Shown here: positions 24,153-37,797 of the stretch, in pieces
How positions within the stretch are numbered: the first letter of the stretch is position 1
How the letters are laid out: each line of letters opens with the position of its first letter
Origin: Tubiluchus corallicola
Lineage: Eukaryota; Animalia; Priapulida
Reading direction: 5' to 3'
Assembly: GCA_030141605.1 (NCBI GenBank)
Contig: JAQGDQ010000134.1
Coordinates: forward strand, 1 to 64,000
Length of the DNA: 64,000 nt
Position numbers and translations under genes: made by a program
Notes under the pieces: model-generated
What the model was told of the DNA's origin: nothing
The model's input: the letters and a program-made list of their open reading frames with translations, nothing else
Database searches by the model: none

Positions 24153-25559
24153 AAGAACTTATGCTTAAACGGGATTTGTATTTATTTTTTATAAAGAGTC
24201 GGTTAAGAATGTTATATATATATATAGCGCCCCAACCCAAACTCTCTATAAATCTTGTACCATATATTGTACATATATATATATATACATGTATATAGTG
24301 GTATAGGTACTCGATGCAGACGGTAGTTGCGGGATCGGTAGTAAAGTCTGTTTGTTTTTCTTTTTCTTTTGTAATACGCTTCGGCACACTACACTTCCCA
24401 AAGCACTCAAAAACAGAGTCTCCTCAAGGAGACGTTTTGACCGTGTTTGGAATCTGACTCATTATTAAAGCTAATTCTCTAAGGTGAGGCACTGAACCAG
24501 AGAGGTGCCTCAGCCACATTCGGATGTGCATCTTACCACAATGAGGTGAGCTCCAAAGGAAGCCGAACAGGTAAAACTGTCTACAACGAATAGAATATTT
24601 TTGTTTCTCTTTCGCTTTCTTTCCTTTTTTCCTCATTTCTTTCGTCACCTCATACGACATGCCTTGTGGCGCCTCTAATTGCTTAGTATTGTGCTTCACT
24701 TATTGCATCTAGATACATTTCCATCCAGTCTGGTCTGGTTCCATCAAACCTACTTGATTTCACCTGTCCTGTATGGCTTTATTCATCTGCATGGCTTCAA
24801 TATACCTGCTCAGCAGCACGGCATTTCCAATCACAAGAATGAACTGCAATGATAACTAAAAAGTGTGAAAATTTTTGCTTTTTTACTGGGACTCGAGCCC
24901 AAGACTTCTCGTTTCGGAGCAGTTATGACAATTTTGTTCAAAACTTCCCAAAACCTGTTTGTGTTCACTCCACCTGTATGATCTACGCACCTACATGATC
25001 CTGTTTATCTGCTTAACTTCCGGTATTTTCATAACTATCGGTGTTATTACAATGCTTCTGAACTCCAAATAGCTGGCTAAGACCGGCTTCATTTTATTAA
25101 ATCGATCCTGTTTACCATTTATCAACGTTTATTTGAACCAAAATTGATGGCAATTCCAGAAAATCATTTTATCCCCCATTTAACTGCTCGTCGTCTGGTC
25201 TAGTAAAATTAATGTTACACAGAATGTCAATCATATTAGACATGTGCTTATGCCGAGTAGAATTTATGCTGGAAATAAATTAGAATTCTCTCAGGAGGGC
25301 CATTAAATTAATTATCTTCATTTTTCTTAACAATATGTCGTCAATTTTCTTATGCCAATCATCTATTGAATGTATTCAGTGTTGAATTTGGGATAAAATT
25401 CGCTACAAACCGAATTTTTTATTGGTTTTCTTCACTGCTGGAGTCAAATGACGCCGTTCAACTCAGGCGAATATTTGCAAATGGAAACATTTCAGAATAT
25501 CCAAGATATCAAACGCATATTCGTAATTTATAATCAAGTCTTAGCATAAACACCTTTCA

Positions 25560-25641
25560 AAATGACGGCAGAAGGACAAGAAAGAGGAAGATAGGGAGAG
25601 ATAGAAATAAAGACAGAAACAGCGAGTGTGTGTGTGTGTGT

Positions 25642-25700
<59 letters not shown>

Positions 25701-25870
25701 TGGGTGTGAGAGAGAGAGAAAGAGAGAAGAGGGAGAGAGAGAGTGAAAAATATTAAGAAAGAGAAAAAAGAGAGAGAAGAGAGAGAAAAGAGAGAAAGAA
25801 GCGAGAGTCAAGAGGGGAAAAAATGAAAGAGAAGACAGGGTTAGAAGACACAATAAAGAAGACAAAAAAG
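25560..25870. repeat. (GT)n microsatellite (25626-25697) within a GA-rich purine tract
   Basis: Read directly from the sequence. Confidence 0.95.
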
Positions 25871-28800
25871 GAGTGCCGTGTCAGTAATCTATATTTTTGA
25901 AATTAGGATAGAAATAACTGATTTTATAAAATGTTTAAATTTCTCATTTTGTCTGTAACATAGCTATATATTCTACTAATATATCAATCTTGATTTGTCG
26001 TCATCATCACCATACTTCAGCTAAAAAATCTTGACATCATAAGAACAACGATATAGGCGAACAAGGGCCACGACTTGTAATATGTGCGTGCGAAACTGTG
26101 AGCGTGGTAAAAGCGGTCCATGATATCGCTGAGTCATAGTTAATAAAACTCGGTTGATGATGAGCTTGTTAGTTGCAGACAGACAAGTTACCACCTTATC
26201 CCGCAGCGTAAGCAAACACATTGCAGCCAGATGCCTATTGAGGTGCATATGCAGTGGGCTCGACGACCACACAAGAATTGGTCTGCTAAACAAGACCCAT
26301 CGTCAGATAAACAACGATGATTGGACGACCGCGGCTAGAGGAATTTGCTGTAATTACTAGATGTACGGGAAAAGGCTATAAACAACCAACAAGCTTTAGA
26401 ATTGAAAAACCTGGATCTGGGAGAGTGTGAGATGGTACGAGGAATTTGGTCACCTTTGCAAGTGTTACACAAGAATTGGGAACTTATCGCAATGTTTGGT
26501 TCAAGAGTGAAAAATCGTAAAATTTTATGTACATGTATCACAAAACATAAAATGAGAATTCTTATCCAAATATGGAACTCCTCCTTGAAGGAAAAAGACG
26601 ACTGCATGGCTAATGACACAGAACATCATGTAACGTTTGCATATAGAGTAGTCTGGAATGCGAAGCATTGGGTTAGCAGCTTATGGAGTTTCTAATGCTC
26701 AACTGCCTGTATATTCACTTACAACGCCATTAAATTTTATTGTTGTCATGAATTCATTTCATAAATATGTAATTTAGAACGCTATTTAACGTTGTTATAG
26801 GATCCGTTTTATCGTAAAAATTTTGACAACAAACTGACTGTATTGTGACGTCAAAATACCAAAGCTGACTAATATTGATTTATATCTGGCTTATTACATA
26901 AACAACAACGAGATCGGCTTAACGGCGAAAGTAATCTGTCTATAAAGTTATATCATAAGGGTATAACCAAAATACCAACAATAATCGCAAATTTGAACTT
27001 CATGTTAGCGAAAAGCCATATTTAATATAATAATGTTCTCATTCGAAAAAGTTGCAAAATCAACGAGCAGTTGGCATCCGTTTTGCCATGTTCTGCGTAC
27101 CATAATGTACAGTGGGTGCTGCCATCTATACCCCTGCATTGCACAGCGCACACTACCAACGCACATGGCATACAAAAAGCTCTAATTTTTGGAAAAACTT
27201 TGCTAGCTCTAATTTTAGATTTTCATTTTATCATACTCAACTTTTCCTGTTTTAGTTTCCTTTTGTGTTTAAGATTGTATTAAATAACGAAAGAAAATTG
27301 CTTTTTGCATCCAATTTCGTATTGAAATCGATTTCGTAGTTATTGCACGAGCACTAAGTCACAATCTGCTTGACCATTACCCAGAGTACTACGGCACCTC
27401 TGCCCATTCAATTACGGCTATCATTGATCATCTATTGGCGGTTTCTTATTTGCAGTAGCAACTGAGTAAAGTTGAACTGACTTCGATCCGACTATCAAAA
27501 TCGTCACTGAATGTCAATTTGATAAGAATCGGCAAACCGACCGTCATTCCAGATAATTTTCTAGTGGGTTTAGTGATAAATCATGAAGAACTTATTCTAA
27601 AAGCAAACCATCGTAATGTGGTTAAGCTCCATATTTAAAAGAAATGTGCAAACAGCGAAGTTGGCAAATGAGTTCTTTAAAGCTTAGTAATATATTTCAA
27701 ATATGCAACCAAGACAAAAAAATTCTCTTGGCTAGAATCTAAGATTACCGCCAGAATTAAAAACGTCATTAACTCAAGTTATAATATTCGTATTGAAAGC
27801 AAGATGACTTGATATGTCGTCATGGGGTTCAATTCTCGCTCGGTTCAGGTTCATTCGCCATACTGATCTTGACTCTTCATCTCGTCGAGGGAGAATGTTT
27901 TCACATCAGAATGTGATAGAGAAACCTCTACAGGTTCCGTGTCTCACCTTGGAGGTATGTCCTCGACAACAAGCAAAGTATCAGTATAGCTCTATACCAA
28001 TGAGTACTGAATTAGAGATTGTAATGTGCCGAATATTGCGAAAAAAATGTGGTGAGCTTTCAGCTTCTCGTAAATAATATTTTGCTACAATAATTAAGAG
28101 AAATCCAATTTACTAAAATAAATTAAAAATCATATTTTTTATCAGAATTTGTAAAAAACTTAAACCCCATTAAGCAGCGAAAGAATGATTAAATACGGAG
28201 GCAGCTTATGGCGATATTACCCAAATAACAATAATTTATTTCCGGCATTCTTGTATTGAACAGCCAACAATGAGTAAACAATGAGTATCCACGTTGAATT
28301 TGTCAACCTTGAAAAATTTGGTGATTTCTTCAAGTACTATTGTCTTGAGATCATCCTCAGGAGTGCAACAAGTGCTAAAATAAATCTCAACTCGTCATAA
28401 TTCACTTATATTGAAAAAAACAAAAAGAAAATCCTTAGACTTGGTGTAAGTAATCTCTTTGTTTTATTTTTTGTCAAACTCTTGTCAAACTGGTCTTCAA
28501 AAGTTTAATTTTGTTTCAGCATTTACTACAATTCTGACGATAGTCTCAAGGCCGAAAATGTTTGAATGATGCAAGAAAACGTACTTTTTCCGTACGAATG
28601 TTGGCCGAGCTGTAAATTTTGTCTTCTAACATCTTTCAGAGTGAAAATGGTGACCTGTAGGCCTCACGGAATGTTTTAACTGGCTGATATAAAACATACA
28701 AACACGTCATTTGTATCGTTTAAGCTGACATCTTATTTATCAACTGATCCATGGATAAGTGGGTCTGTTCAGCACGTGGACTGGACTGCATGTTTGTTGT

Positions 28801-29489
28801 CAATAATCGCCTGACATTCTAGGATTAAAATTGCATGCACGTGCAGCAAGGCAAAAACCTTGTATCAATATTTACACTCTGCTTAGGGTGGCCCAACTAC
28901 AAAATGATGATAAATATCTCGTTGTGTTGAGAAGGAAAGATTTATCGACTATCCACAGTTCCAAGGTCAATAGCTGAAGCCAGACAATGGCTCCTGAGTG
29001 ACACAAAGTCACTGTTGTTGTTCAACTGGGAAACCAGACTCATTCCATTGCATTTAAATGCTTTTACCCTCCATTAGAGAAGCCTCTCTTGGCATGCCTG
29101 GCTTCCTGTGATTATGTTCGGGAAATCATACCTGCACAGGTAATTAGTCTCATTAATCTAATGACAGGAAGTCAATGATAGAGAAACTGGCACCAGCAAG
29201 TCTGCACACATTAGCTCTTCGCTCTGAAATACTGTAACGATATCATGTGAACAATGCTTAACAATGCTTTGTACTAATTTTCACGCTCAGAGAAATGGGA
29301 AGAAAGGGGAGGAAACGAAAATTGGAAACAGGGACGAGATAAAAGGAGAGGAGAGGAGAGGAGAGAAAAGACGAGATGGAGAGGAGATGAGAGGAGAGGA
29401 TAGGAAAGGAGAGTTAGAGAATGAGATTAGACAGAAAAGACAGATAAGTCATACGTGTGAAGGAACTTATGCAACTGTTATTCAGTTGA

Positions 29490-30190
29490 GTAAAGGGATA
29501 AAGCAAACGAATGAAGCAAAGCAGAATGTAATTTATTGGCTGAAGTCATTCAGATGAATGAGACTATGTAAAGGATGAAGCCATGCAGACTAATGACGTT
29601 ATTCAGTTAATGAAGCCGCACAGATGGACGAAACAAGCAAATGGAAAAAGCCATGGATAATGCTATGTAGTGGATGAAGCCATGTATGTGGATGAAACCA
29701 TGCAGACTAGTAGTGATATATAGCACACGAAGCCCATGCATATGGATGAAACCATGTAGTCTGATGATACTATGTAGTGCGTGAAACCATACAGACTAAT
29801 AATGTTATATGACTGGTTAAAGCCATATGGATTGGTAATGCTAATGAATTTTATGGATTTGAGGCGAATAAATTATTATTACGTAGTAACTGAAGCCATG
29901 TAGATGGATGAAATAATGCAATTGAGTGAAGCCCGCAAACTGATAATACAGACTGGATGAAGAAAGAAACCATGCAGACTCGTGACACTATGTGGAGTGG
30001 TGATGCTATGTGGTGAAATAAGTCATGCCAGATGGACTAGTAAAACAATGGAAATGAATTAAGTTATACTGATGGTTGAAATTTTGCAAGTAAAGAGCTA
30101 TACAAACAAACCAAACTGCGGAAAAAAGCATACAAATGAATAAGGCTTTGCAGCTGAATAATGCCATCAATGAAGCCATGCTTATAGACT
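29490..30190 (+). repeat. Degenerate ~18-bp tandem repeat (consensus ~gatgaagccatgcagatg)
   Basis: Recurrent ggatgaagccatg / ggatgaaaccatgcagact units; related reverse-strand units at about 24715-24810. Confidence 0.7.
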
Positions 30191-32690
30191 TTAATTTGAT
30201 GGAGTCATTTAGGTGAAGCAGAGCTATTTTATGCGTCGGTGAATTGGTTACTTTGTCGGGGTCTATTTATTACAAGATAACACCAATTCATTACACCATT
30301 ACTTTAAATATTATAACAGTAAAAATAAATTATATGATGTAATATTTTGCTAACTGTGTGGCATATGCGTTTAGTTTCAGTTAACGTATTCCACTAATTC
30401 TGAGCCGAAAGCTTAGAGTTGTTTTTTCGTCATTTGGCCTATAGCATGAGTTTTGCTAATTAATTAATCTACGCAGGAAGTCATTCGGTGAAAGATGAGG
30501 CAAATCCTTTTACGAACGTTTCAGTTTCTTTCTTCACCAATCAAAATAGTTTGCTACGGGCCACTTTAAACTGCATTGATCTGATTTAGCTGCTTAAACA
30601 GAACAACAGTGTTAAATTGTATTTATACCCTACAAAAGTTGAGAATTGCGTCTCTGGTTGTATCGCTGAAAATTAAGCAAATTCTATCTACAGTGACCCA
30701 CAACGGACCTCGCCAAGGAGCTGCACAAAATTCTGTCATCAATATAAACTAAAAGCTCTGTTATTAAGTGAAAAAAACAAGTGAGAATCTACCATACTAA
30801 ATTTTGCTGAAAACTTTGAACAGCTAAGAGCAAATATTTCAGTTTGCCGATCACTGACAAATGACATTTGATAATTTGCGTCTACAAGTAATGACCTTTG
30901 CTGACCATTTGTCATCACCAGTTATTAGTTGTCTCAGAAACATCGCCAATTTTCCAGTATTTAACCCATTATTAGGCAATTAAAGTCATTGAAGGACATT
31001 AAATGGACATTGTCCATGCGTGTGATTTATGTGGGTCATGAACGGAACAGATTGGGTTCCGGGCAAGGATGACCAATAGGACATAAATGACTAAAATTAG
31101 CAGATAATTAGTAGTCACTTGTGACTCCTGGCTATGACAAAACCCATAATTATGTAAAATCAAAACTGAAACTTGAAAGTGTAAAAAAATGAAACGACAA
31201 GTCAAGTGATTGTTATTTTAAAAAAACAGATAATCTTACCACAAAGAAAAATCTGTGCACTTTATCTAATGTGATGTGCGACCAAGTAATTGCCTTCGTT
31301 CAAAAAATAAATAAACAGAAAAATAACTTCGTGTTAAAGCTTCACCAAATAAGCAAAGTTTAAGTTAAAAAGTGTATATATTACACTTAAACTTCATATA
31401 GACAAAGAATTGTTTCGTGAGAAGTGCCCAATAACACTGGTTTACAAAGAATAACATTTAGTGGTAGAGAATTTTCCAAAAACCGAAAAATTTGCATCGT
31501 TTGGAAGTAATAACGATGTTCTGGTGCTTCTTTACCATTTATTGTGTCCTGCGCACAGCTCTTTCAATCTACAATCATGTTTGATTCTTTTAAATATAAT
31601 TTTGCTCAACACTATGAGGCTTCTAAAAATCTGACGACCGTTTTGCAGTCTGGAATTTATCGTGTGCGGCTCGAACGTCTGTCAAAGGCCTGTCAAAACT
31701 CTTGCACTGCCTTCGTTGCCAGATGCCGCTCATGGCCAAGTTTAATTGATGCGGAGTTCACGCTTGTACCGCGATCCTCCGACACAACTCTCTCCTGAAA
31801 ACAGCAAGATGAGATGCGGGGAACTAGTTGGAAGCAAGTATGACCCGGGGGTTTAAGCCTCGTTTGACACAAAACACACGCCGATGCCAAATTAACTCTG
31901 AAAAAACTGTCATCACTTTTAACTGATTGGCTTCTCCATCAATCATAGCGTGTCAGCTGTTGGGCCAGTTGGCGACGGGCGAATTTCTTTTTACATTTTT
32001 CCCTGTTCTGAGCTGTCAAACGTCAAATTTCACGCCCAGGTTGTTAAACTTTTGAATGAGAACTTCAATTGCATTATTTATTATCATACGGCAGTAGAGA
32101 TACATGATATGCTATGCTAGGCATTTGAATGAAATCTGACAACCTAAGCGAACAAAGGCAAGGAATACCAAACAAGAAAAAAGCAGGAAAAGTAGCATTT
32201 ACAGCTCCTATTTTAGATGATAGCGGTAATAGTAGTAATAACCAGTGTACCAGCAACAATAATTGCATTGTGCAAGTCTCAGGGGATGTGCGAATCGTGC
32301 AATTCCATAGGGCTCCGGCTGCAACGTTAATTTAAGGGGCCTAAAAATTTAGCGAAAACTTATCGTTGAATCAATAACATAAAATCATAAAAATAAATCA
32401 CGAACGCAAACTGCGAAGCACTACCATAGTAAGGCAACGGTCCTTTTTATGCACAAAAATAAATAGCCGGCGTGCTTTTTGCGTTGTATCTGCATTATAA
32501 CATTTGTATCACACTTGACTTTTGGGCTTAGAATGATTTAAATAATTTTAAAATCACTAGTTCATCGGATACTAAATCGTAAATACAAACGCTTACTAAG
32601 TTCCTATTATACGATGTAATTTCCAGTTTAGATAACACGCTTATATACTTTCAGAATTTTTGGTAAGTTGTCTTTTACAGTCTGTCTGTC

Positions 32691-32693
<3 letters not shown>

Positions 32694-32783
<90 letters not shown>
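32694..32783. repeat. (CT)n microsatellite
   Basis: Read directly from the sequence. Confidence 0.98.
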
Positions 32784-32785
<2 letters not shown>

Positions 32786-35482
32786 TTGCTTTTCTCTTAA
32801 CAATTTCGTATGTTCTTAACTTGAAACATAGAAACACAACCCAATATACAATACACATCAAAAATTTATTAGGAATGAGTCATAGCACCTAACGTTCCCG
32901 TGCTTGTATGAATAAATGCGTTCAACAAACTAAAGTTGTTTGCATGATAATCACTCGGCTCTTCTCCCAGTACGCAGAAGATTGACCGAAGAAGCCATTG
33001 TAGTTTATTCATACAGGATTGTCGCTGTAATCCGGGCAGTGGCATTATTGGCTTCTCGGCTGGTCCTAGCGACAGTAATCATTGTCTCGTTATCAGCACA
33101 TTGACAGTAATGGTATTCGACATGGGGGAAAAATAATCGCTCTGCATATCCCCTAAACGTTATTTGATTGGCTTAATGAGTGGCGAGAAATGTCCCTCCA
33201 GATGAGACCGTGGATTTTCTAGCTTTTGGGTTTGGATTGCTTGTTCAAATATGCAAAATACTGCGAAGGAATATCAAATCAGCTTTCTAGAAATGATGCT
33301 GTAATACTGAAAAAAGTTCAAAAGCAGACCAATGGATAAATAAATTTGGCAAGCTTTCAAAAATAAACGCAATGATGGTGTGTGTTTCGCGGAACGTTCA
33401 CAACGGGTAGAGAAAATTAATAAAAAGACGCCTCACTCACATATGTAAATGTCTCACGTGCACTATAGACTCGCGCAAAGGTAAGGCAAACAATGCGCGC
33501 CATGCTTTACAGTACAAAACAGCATTCAACAAAAACAGCCCTTGAGAGACATACTATTGAAATATCAACAAAGATTACTCTTGTACTTTACGTGTGCATT
33601 ACAGGATGAACAACTCGGATATCTACGGTTGTTGGAGCGGTATGCAGTATCCAATTAAACTCTGAAACCAAATGAAGTATGTTTACTTCTTATGCAATAC
33701 TCTAACTAACATTAATGTGGCAAATTGGTATAATATGTTCTTATAAATAACATTTTATATAAAGCAAATTTTGTAAGTAGTTTTCACGCCCTGGCGTGTA
33801 GTACTAAAGTGCCACTATTGATCTGAATAAGAGAAAATTTCTCTTGTAAGTGTTGTTAATTGTGCTCAATGCTATTTTCTGTTCGCTCCGCCGCGTGACA
33901 TAACAACCCTGCCCACCAATTACCTGTTTAATTATTGATATCAGCAGGCGGTCACTGACATCGTTAGCCAATGGTCAGTTGTCTGTCACGTTCGAATGAC
34001 CACTGTTACTGGCTTCACTTCCTCTGCAAATGCCTATCAAAGAAAATAGTTTAACTAGTAAAGCCCTTTTTGGTTTGTAAATGAAAAAATAAGGGACGCG
34101 TAGGACCTTAATATATAAATCTTTTTAAGATATGAGGCAAGTCAAGCGTTACAAAGTTACAAAGACACCTTACGATTTTTTAACGGATTAGATTCCGGTT
34201 CTGCTACAGCGTTAATTTAGTATATTTAAGGGTAAGGGTAATAAGTAGAATAATAGATACCGTCTTGCAATTTGCAGAAACTTAGACAAAAATTCAGCCC
34301 GTGTCTACAACATATATGAAACTGCATGAATTCAGTTTCAAGATGACGTTTAGCTCAGCTCTGGTTTGTTTATGTCAAACACTGAAGATATATGATTGAC
34401 CCGAGTATACGATACTAGTGACTATTATAATTTAACTATGCCTGGTCCAGTGTCGTTTACTCGTGTGTGACTGAGCACTTTGCCATAATTTTCACATTTT
34501 GTCTATTACCTTAGGTCCCTACATAATCCTCGCTTTGTTAACCGGACATTATTGTCTGAGCCCCTACTCAATATGAGCCCCGTCTAAAATCCATGTTTTC
34601 GCATACTACAACCTTAGAGACGATATTAGCCGATGCCTAAAACTCGATGTCTAGCGAAAAATCATCGTACTTGGTTCTCTTTAGAGCTGCAGACTAAAAG
34701 CAATAAAAAAACAACTTTCCAAATGTATGAATTTTCCCAAATTTAGTGAAATTTCAATTTAACGAAAATATTCGATTTTGCATTCCAGCCATTCATCATC
34801 ATAATAATTATGTTTACCTGTCACGTGAAATTTATTTGTTTTACCTGCCTATCTTATACTGTTATACGTGAGCAACGTGCCTTCTTGACAGCTATCAATA
34901 GTAACGTTGAGAACCCAGGAAATTAAATTGACCAATTGACCACTGGATGGCCAATCGCTGACCAATTCACCTTGCCAGTAAATGGTAATTGAACTCTTTC
35001 GGTAAATATTGCTGCTTGCAAGCGGATAATGCGGTTTCAGCTTGCTTTGTTTCTCGAGTAAATAGAGGGGCTACCAAAATAATGAACAATCGAGATCCTC
35101 TTCCCAATTTCATCTCCGCATGGTCATTGTCTCCTCTGCTCTACATCTCCATCTGTTAGGTGCATCACAGCGTCTAAAATAGCACTTGCTTGTACTATAC
35201 TAACCTCTGCAAGTCTTCACTAATTCTAAAAAAGACGAATGAATTCTTCCATTTCTTAACCAAAACTATAATCGTAAACAACAATAAAGAAATTGTAACT
35301 TGTAAACAACAATAAACAACCTTGAATTCTCACAAATACTCCAAAAATCATTGTTCAAACTGGAACAAAAACAAAGTGTTACAACAATAACACAATATCC
35401 GTTTCATAAATAACCAACTATATAATAAATTTAGGCTAAAGTTTACAATTCCCCACTCAGAAGAAATTAGTTCATGAAGCGG

Positions 35483-35572
35483 ATTAAGGTTAGTGTTACG
35501 ATTAGGGTTAGGGTTGGGGTTATGGTTAGGGTTAGGGTTATGGTTAGGGTTAGGGTTACATTTAGGGTTAGG
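35483..35572 (+). repeat. Interstitial telomere-like (TTAGGG)n tract, degenerate
   Basis: About 14 hexamers: ttaggg with ttatgg, ttgggg and ttagtg variants. Confidence 0.85.
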
Positions 35573-35873
35573 ATACGGTATTTAAATTATGTGGTGAAGT
35601 GTAAACTCCTTCTTAAATTTATTACATTTTTATTAGGAAAATCCAACGTTTCAATTCTGCCGTAAATTACTACATGAAACCTTTTTTTTGTTATTCGGTG
35701 GTCTTGGAAATGTAAAATTCGGCAGCTCTACAAATAAGGCACACTGAAATAAGTGAACTTTTATTGCTGACACATCAACTTCTCTTCTTCAGTTTCTTGA
35801 TTACAATCTTGATGGAACTGGGACTATATCAAATAAAACTATTTTTTGTTAACAATAAAAAGCTTTATCTCCA

Positions 35874-36038
<165 letters not shown>

Positions 36039-36087
36039 GGTATTGTTGAATCTTCAAACGAGACATTTGTCCAAAGAAAAACAAATG

Positions 36088-36172
36088 TGAAAAATCGGGA
36101 CTAACCTGAATTTGAACTAAGGACCTTTCCTTTCGATTACAAGTCAACGCCATGCCACTAGACTAGTTAGCC
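36088..36172 (-). mobile_element. tRNA-derived SINE head (degenerate)
   Basis: Reverse complement reads ggctaac-tagtctagtgg (A box)...aggtcctt-agttcaaattc (B box)-aggttagtcc. Confidence 0.5.
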
Positions 36173-37056
36173 AAATTATTATGAGTCCTTGGTTCACATC
36201 TAGGAATGGTCCGTGGCTTTTTTACGCGTATTTCCTTTCGGATAAATTTGCTTTCAAAATTCAATAACTACGGCTCCTTCCACCAAATGCCGATTTGGTG
36301 AAATTAAAAATAAATCGCAAAAATTCATCTCCATATATTTTCATATTTCAAGATAACTTTCTTGTGGGCTCGCGTGTTTTTCTGGATTGCCAAGTTTCAC
36401 ATTTATTTTTTCTTGTGAAAGAATGAACATTTTTCGTAACAAAAATTGCATTTTTCGATGACAATGCATTCCCGAGTAACTCCCCTTTGTCCACATTTTT
36501 GTTGTCTTTCTTTTACCATTTTCTTTACTCCAGACACTCTACTGTAAATGCCCTGTTTTTAGAGTTTGGTTTCAAGCGAGTTGATACGTTGGTGAATGTT
36601 TACTTACTGTCAGATACACATGTTCAGTTTTTGAAAGAAAAATATCCTTTTCACACACGTGTTTCACAGAAAAATTTAAGGTACTCGTTGAACAAACTTA
36701 AGGTCTTCTTGGAGACTCCAACACGGCGTGTTAAATAAAAAATCCATTTCAATATTATTATCTGGGAATTATAATTAAGCAATATATCATTTTAAAAGTT
36801 AAAATAACATAAAAATCCGAATTAACATAACATTTTGCTCAATTTATGGGGTGAACCATTACTTTAGCGCAACCAGTCAATTGAGGCTTACTTTGTTTGT
36901 TTCTAAAGTGGTATGGTTGACCAAAACCCCCCTAAAATAGTCCTCTAAAATGGAGCTTGTCAAGCGACCGGAAAACGTTGACCCGATTTTTTATTTGACG
37001 ACTGTAAATGTGATAAATATATAAATATATATATAATTATAGCTGACACTTGACAT

Positions 37057-37797
<741 letters not shown>

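Noticed and set aside
28530-28570. ctgacga...ggccgaaa, resembling a minimal Penelope-type hammerhead core
   Set aside because: Stems I-III pair poorly; at best a dead relic. An Infernal hammerhead search would settle it.
29758-29798. ctgatga...gaaac hammerhead-like spacing
   Set aside because: It arises from the 18-bp repeat and has no valid stem II.
34547-35084. Possible MITE bounded by cattatt...agcccct / aggggct...aataatg
   Set aside because: The inverted match is short and gapped, with no TSD or second copy in the window.
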